Origin: Octopus sinensis
Taxonomy: Eukaryota
Reading direction: 5' to 3'
NCBI RefSeq assembly: GCF_006345805.1
Contig: NC_043020.1
Span: 186,001-250,000 of the forward strand
DNA length: 64,000 nucleotides
In this document: piece after piece, positions 55,360-64,000 of the stretch
Layout: every line of letters starts with the position of its first letter
Position numbering within the stretch: the first letter of the stretch is position 1
Notes under the pieces: generated by a model
What the model was told of the DNA's origin: nothing
Databases searched by the model: none
The model's input: the letters and a program-made list of their open reading frames with translations, nothing else
Translations under genes and position numbers: made by a program

Positions 55360-55484
55360 CTACTTGCTTGAAGGCGGCACCCCGTGGCCCAAAACTAAAG
55401 AGAGATAAATAGCATGACTATAATACATCTATAATGGACAGACAGAAATTTGAACGGACAGATATTCGCTTTTATCATTATAGA
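55360..55484 (-). mobile_element. Possible short Helitron remnant
   Basis: Minus strand A|TCTATAATGATAAAAGCG..TCTGTCTGTCC 5'-type end and GC-rich GCCACGGGTGCC near the other end; canonical CTAG absent. Confidence 0.35.
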
Positions 55485-55849
55485 TGTTTAACCCCTGACC
55501 AAAGCTATACCACCCATTCTATTTTGAAACAGTATATTCACGGCTACATTATCCAATTTTTTTTTCTGACACAGATGATGTGATATTTTTGTAGATAAAG
55601 CTGTTATTTCTACAAGATTGAGTGATTATGCACAGGCTTCCTGGCTGACTTAACTCTTGTGGCTATGCATAAGGTTTTTGGTTGGTAGAGTTCATTACTG
55701 TAAGCGGCAGCACTGTAAATTTGATGGGTGTTGGTTAGGTTGCTGTGTTGATGTTTCGTTATGTTGTAAATCTGGTAAAGGCAGTGAAAACCATTTCATG
55801 TGTATCTTTCTCTTGTGTGATAACATGAAGAAAGAGTTTTTATATATTT

Positions 55850-56165
55850 TTGTCACTTGCTCGTTTCAGTCAATGAATTGTGGCCATGTGGGGCACCACC
55901 TTGAAGGGTTTAGATAACCATGTCAATCCCACTACTTATTTTTTAAAGTCAGGTACTTATTCTATCAGTGTCATTTGCCAGTCTGCTAAGTTATGGAGAT
56001 GTAAACAAATCAGACTGCTTGTTGTTTTCATCTACCAAATTCACTCACAAAGCATTGGTCAGTCTGGGATATATAGTAGAAGACATTTACCCAAAGTAGG
56101 CAGTGGGACCGAACCTGAAGCCATGTGGTTGCAAATGAAACTTCTTAACTACACAGCCATGCTTG
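55850..56165 (-). mobile_element. SINE family A
   Basis: GGTACTTATTCTATC; CTACCAAATTCACTCACAA; GGGACCGAACCTG. Confidence 0.78.
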
Positions 56166-59100
56166 CACCCAGATTTATACTGGTATGTTAGTCTGTTAAT
56201 TTACTCATCATCTCTGGGGAGATCCAACAAGGCTGTGAACAGCTCATTACTGCTTTTTTAATTCTTTCCTATTATGTTCTCCTTATCTGTATCCATTCTT
56301 AGTCTAAAATGTACAAAATACATATTATTAAAATTAATGAATTAATTATATAAAATAATAAAAAATTACATTCAATTTTGCTTTAAAGGTATAATGCACA
56401 AAACTCATTTCATTTTTGAAATTCTGTTTACAACAGATGTTAAGACACCTAAATATGTTAATTAGGAAATAATAAAAAAAAATTTAATTAAAGTATTAAT
56501 TAAATGAATTAATTAATACAGTAAATCGTGTAGTGTTTCAATCATATTGATAGAAAGCCACCACATTCTTTGAAAAGTACTCGTTGAAGAAGAAGGAGAA
56601 GAAGAGGAAGGAAGATGGGGAGGCATCTTTTTTCATAAAGATTTAAGTTATCAATTCACCCATTTAAATAATAACTACGAAAACAGAAATACTGGCTTTT
56701 GAAGTATTCCGCTGTGACCAGGTTTTCCACACATTAACCTAAATTTTGTAGACTTTATTTGTCAGAGATAAAAATCTCAATTTCTTGAGCAGTTTATCTT
56801 TATGCATCAGTTGATTCTGTTTGAGAAGAACTGGAAGAAGAAACACTCTGAGAACTTCTTTTATAAGTTTATTTAGAAATGTTTAAAAAACAGTCAGCGT
56901 TCACATTATTTAATATAGTGTGAAATGACAAGCTACACGTTAACATGATATTAAATATACCATATTTCACTGGAGTGGAGAGACAACTGTTAATCACGTA
57001 GACGACAAACATTCTCGTATATCAACCAAGTATCTATTGCATTTCTGAATTATGGTGTATATAGCCACAGGCCCAACTGCACTCAATAGCATTGTTTTGC
57101 ACTTTATATTATACCTGACCCAACAATATACATAGCAGGATACTTTTCAAAGGAAGTGTTACAATATTTCTGGTGGGAATTTTTCTTCTATTGTTCAGAT
57201 AGAATTCTCTTGTATACATTTACATTTTTCAGTTTGCTTATGCATATATTCACGTATGTAATACAATATATGCGCAGGTCTGTGTATCATGTTTAATTAT
57301 TTGAATTCTTCTTTCAAAGGAGCTGGTTTAATTACAATAAATGTATAAACAAAAGCTTCGTTGTTGGAATTTGGATAACAGTAATAAGTGTTAAGTGTTG
57401 AACTTTAAAACGCCATGCAAGTTTTTACTGTTCCTGCCTATGGATTGTATTTGTAAAAACTGTGTTAGCTGTTGTTCATTTCTTCACCTGAAAATCCTAA
57501 CTCTTCTAAAATTTCCCCTCAACCTTTACTAACATAGCCAAGTACACCCATATCAATGGATGTATATAGGCATATATATATACACACCTTATAGTGATGA
57601 ATTATATGGTTATGGACGATGTGTCTAGTTTCGGCATATTTGGCGTTAGAAATTTTTTTCTTTTGCCCTTGTTTATAAGATGTTTATAAATTTAACCTTT
57701 AAAGGTATTTTTTAATATGCTGGCCATTGATAAATTTTTTTTTTGAAAAAATTTTATCCTATATTAGATATATATATATGTATGTATATATATATATATA
57801 GATGAGTGGATGCAACACGATAAAATGATTAAGAAGTCCACTTTGCTATCACTGACACCTTGCTTCATGGTATTTTGAGCAAGTGTCTTTCATCATACCT
57901 TTGGGTTTGACCCAAGGCCTTTAAGTGAAATTGGGTAGATGGAAACTGTGCAGAAGCCTGTTTGATGTATTTTACTTGTAATTTAAAGGCCTGGCTTTGT
58001 TACAAACTTTCTTCTGCTGATTCCACTGTAGGTTACAATAAGTGTACACATGTATATGCAAGCACTCACATTCTAATTCCGTGAACAGGTAAACACTTGA
58101 GCATGTGTTGGTGAATGTGAATGTAGATCCTTGTGTGTATGTGTGTGCGTGTGTGCATGCATGTTTTTGTCCTTGCTCCAAAGCAAGGTTTAAAGAAAAG
58201 GTAGTAAAGAAATAAATATTGTTTTGTTATGGGTTTTATTTTCATCTTTTGGGCCACCACTTGCCATTGAAATTTTAAGGATAGTTAGCAAAATTTATAT
58301 TGTTCCACACAATGTGACCGTTTACCGTATTAATTATGGAACTATGTTCTCTAAAGAATCTGAATTCAGCCATGCTTTGATCTTGGCAGGTTGGTTAGCA
58401 TGTACCCTGTTGTTTCAATAATAGTGGATATAAACACTGCGAATGTATTTTGAGTTCTGAATTTGGCTGACACCTCATCAGTGGTCCATAAATATTTTCT
58501 TTCCCCTCTGTTTTCCTTATTAAAGGGACAGCTGGCTTACACAAGAGAACATTTCCTTCTTCTATTCTCAGACAACACTCTCAGGCTGGTAGCGTTTAAA
58601 TTTGATTAATGTTTTTATTTGTTTAATTCCACCAATATTCTGTATGTTTGTGTGATCACCCAGAAGTTGGTTACATTATATAATCAGAGATTTTCATTAA
58701 GAAATAACATTTGTTTCTGAAAGCCTACTGAAATTATGTATAGACAATCTGGCTGCCGTTCCTTTAAAGGCATACCAATTACAGAGGAATTATGAGTTGT
58801 GCGATTATCTCCCCTTCTGATTTGGAGTTGGTTACAATTGCCATGAGGCATTTGTTTTGTTTCTCTCTTCAAGGGAAGATAATTTCAGTAAATCAAGAGT
58901 TTACCTTGTATGGTATTTAATACACCTTTATTCATGCTACACACATACTCTCACACTTTTACTTACAAATTAATTTATATATGTAAACTTGTGTGTTATT
59001 TTGTGTACACACACGTACATACGCATAGTTATATACACACTCATATTTAGACAATAAAATTTATGTATGATTTTGTTTTGATCTGCTATTTTTCATGTAC

Positions 59101-59275
59101 TTTTATTTCAAAATGTAATTTGCTTATATACAGTAACTTTGTCTGCCACAGTCGTTTTTAGGAAGTAAAAAAAGACAAGAAAAAAAACAACACTAAAGAA
59201 AAAGTTTTAAAAATAAATAAACAAAGTTAACATCAAAAGGTTAAAAAAATAAATAAACCTGTTTGTGGAAAAATT

Positions 59276-59285
59276 ATACATACAT

Positions 59286-59335
<50 letters not shown>

Positions 59336-59345
59336 ATGTATGTAT
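59276..59345. repeat. Perfect 70-bp palindrome centred on (AT)18
   Basis: ATACATACATACATTTT-(AT)18-AAAATGTATGTATGTAT. Confidence 0.9.
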
Positions 59346-60305
59346 CAAGGAAATCAGTTTTGATATTCTATCCTGTTTGTCTCTCAAATTTTATTGTCCA
59401 ATATAAAAAGTTTAGCAATATCCTTTTAAAGAATTGTTTCAGAATTCTGCTATAGAGTTATTATTTTTTTTTGTAACTTTTTGGTATTTTTTTTTTTTGA
59501 AGAATTATATTTTCCCTTATTGACTTGAGAGAGTTATGTCATAGATGGAAAGCACATCAGAAAATTATAGGTTGTGTTAGGTAGTATATTTCTTTTGTTC
59601 AAAGAATAATTTTCAATGTAATTTTTATTTATATTCTCTCTTTTTTTTTTTTAGGGAATTTACTTCTTTTTGTTTTTGTTTTTTTTTGACAATTATCATG
59701 TTTTTCAATGTGAAAATAAATATAAAAATGAGGAGGGGGTAAAAAAAAACATAAAAAAGTAGTAATGAAAATTATATAAATTTTCACTGTTAGATTCTGG
59801 AATAAATAAATAGCTAAATATACTGACTATGCTAGCATTATAAAATAAAATTCAATCTACAGACATAAAAAAGAAAGCGCTATTTTTCTTTTGTCTTCTG
59901 AAGCTATATTTTATGGTTATTAGAAATTGAAATTTAGTTTATCTGCTTACTGTCGCCTTTTGTAGCGCAGCTCATAACATATATGTATATATATGTATAT
60001 ATATGTGTGTGTCTAGTAATATGTATGTATAGTAAGTAACATTATGCTAACAGTAAAACAAGCTTGGACACCTCAGCAACGATATGAGTCATTAACTTCT
60101 TTTTAACTATCAAATTTGATGAGCAGATTTATAAATATATGTATATATACATAATATAATATAATATATATTATATAAGATATATCTATATATATATATT
60201 ATATAATATATTATATAATATAATATATATATATGTGTATATATATGAAATATGTTTGTATATTTTTTACAGCTAGTTTAAAACTCAGTTATCTAATGAT
60301 TTCAG

Positions 60306-60353
60306 GTTTAAGTCGTTTGGATGACAGAAGTATAGTACCAAATATGTTTATCA
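60306..60353 (+). CDS. Candidate 48-nt symmetric phase-1 micro-exon (xLSRLDDRSIVPNMFI)
   Basis: CTAAT..TTTCAG acceptor and TCA|GTTAGT donor with an open frame; no homology recognised. Confidence 0.17.
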
Positions 60354-61095
60354 GTTAGTTCTCTTTATGCTACAATGCAGCATTTTAACAACTTTTCTCT
60401 CTCTCTCTCTCTATTTTATTTTATTTTATTTTATTTTATTTGTTATTAGTATTTTGGTGGGGGAGGCAGGGAAATAACTTTGCTGAATGGTTTATTGAGA
60501 AAATTAGAATTTTCAGAGCTATAAAAGCAAGAACTTCCATTAATAGCATGTCGTTTTGCCTCATATTTGATATATTTCAAGACAGACAGCAATTACACAT
60601 GCAGCAACAAACCCCCACACACACATGGCACAGTCATTCTCTCTCACACACACACACACATGCATACATAACACACTCAGTCACACATACACACAGACCC
60701 TCTCACACAGACCCTCTCACACAGACGCTCATACTGTTACTCTTTGGTAAACTTTATTTCTTCCAAGGTGAAAATCTAAGCACCATAAATTCTGTGGTAA
60801 TATTTTTTTTTTATTCTGTTACTTTGTGGGATATTCTTACAAACAACATCGACTTAATATGGCTATTTGATATAATTAACACAAAGGTTTATTTTTCTTA
60901 CCATTTAATCTCGGAAGCCGAAATGAGTGTGTCCTATAGATTTCCTTTTTTTTTTTATTTCTTCCCCTGAGTTCCCTTTGATTAGGTGGGAGGAGATGAC
61001 TTACTGACATTAGTACTGTTCTTAGTATTCAGTTTGTAAGTCTACAGACTGGAAGCTTCGTATGAGAGGGATCTTCCAAGGTTTAATAGGCAGAT

Positions 61096-61536
61096 AGGTG
61101 CAGAAGTGGCTGTGTAGTAAGTAGCTTGTTTACCAACCACATGGTTCCGGGTTCAGTCCCACTGCGTGGCACCTTGGGCAAGTGTCTTCTACTATAGCCT
61201 CGGGCCGACCAAAGCCTTGTGAGTGGATTTGGTAGATGGAAACTGAAAGAAGCCCATCGTATATATATATATATATTATATATATATATATATATATATG
61301 TGTATGTATGTGTGTGTGTTTGTGTGTCTGTGTTTGTCCCCCTAGCATTGTTTGACAACTGATGCTGGTGTGTTTATGTCCCCGTTACTTAGCGGTTCGG
61401 CAAAAGAGACCGATAGAATAAGTACTGGCCTTACAAAAGAATAAGTCCCGGGGTCGAGTTGCTCGATTAAAGGCGGTGCTCCAGCATGGCCCTAGTCAAA
61501 TGACTGAAACAAGTAAAAGAGTAAAGAGTAAAGAGA
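61096..61536 (+). mobile_element. Full-length young SINE family A (reference copy)
   Basis: A box TGGCTGTGTAG, B box GGTTCAGTCCC, CORE-like CACCTTGGGCAAGTG, internal (TA)/(TG)n, (AAAGAGT)n tail. Confidence 0.92.
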
Positions 61537-61619
61537 TTAATTTTAGGAAGGAATGCAGTTCTTGTGGTCGCTATAGAAAGATACATTGTATGTTATAGAT
61601 ATTCTTGTTTCAATATTTC

Positions 61620-61935
61620 TTTTTCGGTTGATGAGATATGTACCAGTCATGCACTGGGATCGATGTAATTGACTTTCCCCCTCTACCCAAATTTTCAGGC
61701 CTTTTGCTTAGAGTACAAAATTGGCAAACTGGCAGAAACGTTAGCATGCGGGGCAACATGCTTGGTGGCATTTCGTCTGTTTTTACATTCTGAGTTCAAA
61801 TTCCGCTGAAGTCGACTTTGCTTTTCATCCTTTCGGGGGCGATAAATTAAGTACCAGTTGCATACTGGGGTCGATCTAATCGACTGGATCCTTCCCCAAA
61901 AATTTCAGGCCTTGTGCCTAGAGTAGAAAAGAATA
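61620..61935 (+). mobile_element. Two older-subfamily SINE B copies in tandem
   Basis: GTACCAGT..CA.TGGG.TCGAT..TTTCAGGCC occurs twice; head CTGGCAGAAACGTTAG at ~61729. Confidence 0.82.
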
Positions 61936-62318
61936 TTTCTATTTCAGTTCTTTTGCATTTGATTTGCAAGATTCTTGATCTGAACACGTTTAAAATAGAT
62001 GCTATATCTTGAGTGGGTCATTATGCCAATAACAAACACATACACACTAGTTTTATTTCACTTATTTTTAATATTACTAGTCAATTTATTAAACACTTAT
62101 ATATTTGATTGTTTGATTAATTGTTCAGTCAATTAGTTAACCAGCTAGGTTTGTCAAAATCATTTCATTGCTATATTCGCATCCTCATGAATGACAGGTC
62201 CTCTAGCAGGTCTGGAGTAGAGAGAGAGATTGGTTTGTTTACATAGATGTATTTACTTAAGAAACATCATAACTTGCAGTGCTGGTTCTGAATTTTATAG
62301 AAAATCTATAAACTTAAA

Positions 62319-62384
<66 letters not shown>

Positions 62385-62394
62385 GTATATATAT

Positions 62395-62602
62395 CCCTGC
62401 ATACCTCACTTCTATTTTCATTCCTCCACTTCACTCTCTATTTCATATCTTATCTAGACTAACTATTGCTTAACCATTCTCTCACACTGTCTCCGATGAA
62501 GGGATATATAAAATATCCCTGAAACAGCTGTAGATCTTCTATTTATAAATGTTCTGAAATCTTTCACAGCCTTGGATTTTTATCTCATTCTGTTAATTTT
62601 TA
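62395..62602 (+). mobile_element. Penelope-like terminal-repeat fragment with hammerhead motif (62488-62536)
   Basis: GTCT-CCGATGA-AGGGATAT-ATAAA-ATATCCCT-GAAA-CAGCTG-TA-GA: perfect 8-bp stem II and palindromic stem III; flanked by (TA)n. Confidence 0.65.
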
Positions 62603-62610
62603 TATGTGTG

Positions 62611-62642
<32 letters not shown>

Positions 62643-63072
62643 TATGTGTGTGTATATAGGGGCGCGGTTGACCGGGCTTCCCGAGGCATATTTAAATAGG
62701 CTACATACAACAATTTTGAATAAATTGCTTTAAATGTTGCTGCCACTTCTAAGTTGGTTCAGAAGTGTTGAATCACTTAAAATTGTTGCATCCAGGCAAT
62801 TTTAGAAGTTGATTTAGATTGACAATCATGTAAAAATGTGCAAATTTCCAATGTAAAATGAAATTTTAATCTGACACTTTTTTTTGTTGCTCTTTGAAAA
62901 AAATTTTCTGAGTAAACATACTGTCATTAGAAATTCTGTACTAATTTACATAATTACTCTAAATTAATTATTTTTCTAATCAGTAACTAATATTTCATTT
63001 TTAGTGTATTTAATTTATTTAAGAATTAATAATAAAATAAGAATTTCCCTTTTTTTTTTTTTCCTTCTTTAG

Positions 63073-63202
63073 AATTCGTCAGAAAAAGTCACGGAGTGTA
63101 TGACCTTTTCTTCGAAAAGATGTGCCATCAACCCATGAGGACTCTGACTTGTCACAGATGGCACACCTATAGATTGACCAATAGAAATATAGATGCGCAT
63201 AT
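63073..63202 (+). other. Candidate exon (coding status unknown)
   Basis: Strongest acceptor noticed in the window (long T/C tract + TTTAG); non-repetitive CpG-containing body; possible donor AT|GTATGT; one frame open (FVRKSHGVYDLFFEKMCHQP...). Confidence 0.3.
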
Positions 63203-63429
63203 GTATGTGTGTGTGTGTGTGTGAGTTGTTTCTTGGTGAATTTTCAGATCTATATATACATATTTATGAATGAGGTTTACAGTTGTGCATCAGCTTTAGT
63301 ATACTAATTTCCACATGCACACTGTGATGTATGTATATAAATACAAACGTCTACAACTATATACATGATCGTCTTCATCATTTTCACACCCCTTTTTTCC
63401 ACATATACATACATACATATACAGTGTGA

Positions 63430-63506
63430 GTGTGTATGTCTGTATATATATATATATATAGATAGATAGATAGATAGATATAGATATATACACACACACA
63501 CACATG

Positions 63507-63539
<33 letters not shown>

Positions 63540-63700
63540 GTATGTATGTATGTATGTAAGTATGTATGTATGTATGTAAGTATGTATGTATATAGCTAGA
63601 TAGATGGATAAACGTGTTTGTATATGTATGTATATATATATATGTATGTATGTATGTATAGCTAGATAGATGGATAAATGTGTTTGTATATGTGTGTATA
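63430..63700. repeat. Compound TA/GATA/TATG microsatellite with a ~66-bp duplication
   Basis: ATAGCTAGATAGATGGATAAA occurs twice. Confidence 0.9.
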
Positions 63701-64000
63701 TATGGTCATAAACATATGGTTACATTTGCAAAACAAACATATCATATGCACACATGATTAAATATATCAATACACCACACACGTACACACAGCTAGAGGC
63801 CCTTAGGTACACACATGCACCCTATATATATATATATTTGTTATGTGAACCCATAGGTCAATGAGTTCAGGAAAATGTTGTTTCATTTCCGCCCTGTTGT
63901 TTCTCTTTCTCTACACCTATCTATTTCCCTCTCACTGTTTCTCTTATTCTTACATCTGATTCTCTCTCTTTTTCTCTCTCTCTCCCTCTCTTTCATGTCA

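Noticed and set aside
60440-60970. 176-aa ORF
   Set aside because: Non-ATG start, (CA)n-derived middle, AT-rich composition, no domain or splice support.
62657-62700. GC-rich GGGGCGCGGTTGACCGGG motif as a transposon terminus
   Set aside because: No matching inverted end or second copy found in the window.
63121-63165. TGTGCCATC...GATGGCACA hairpin as a miRNA precursor
   Set aside because: Only a 9-bp stem with a large loop; no known mature sequence recognised.

Overview
AT-rich, repeat-saturated eukaryotic non-coding DNA. The SINE repertoire and the extreme (TA)n/(CA)n/(CTAT)n load suggest an octopus-like coleoid cephalopod (inference); it may be a large intron. I found no intact protein-coding gene: the ORF track is almost entirely microsatellite and repeat artefact, and only a few low-confidence candidate + strand micro-exons exist. 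Content: several tRNA-derived or SINE-like families (my labels A, B, C, F, G, H plus a tRNA-Asp-headed element), two TTAA-flanked piggyBac-type MITE families (D, E), non-autonomous Helitrons, Tc1/mariner and pogo-type MITEs, a decayed RTE-clade LINE, a young truncated LINE 3' end with a 17-bp TSD, Penelope-like fragments, local duplications and palindromes. Most interesting: (1) four hammerhead-ribozyme-like motifs, one inside a TSD-flanked tRNA-headed SINE; (2) young SINE-B copies whose TSDs repeatedly begin (G)GTAY, a motif also in their own head, giving self-nested multimers; (3) a 13x44-bp array grown inside a MITE; (4) a local ~165-bp copy embedded in a SINE. Coordinates were read by eye and family names are descriptive labels, not database matches.
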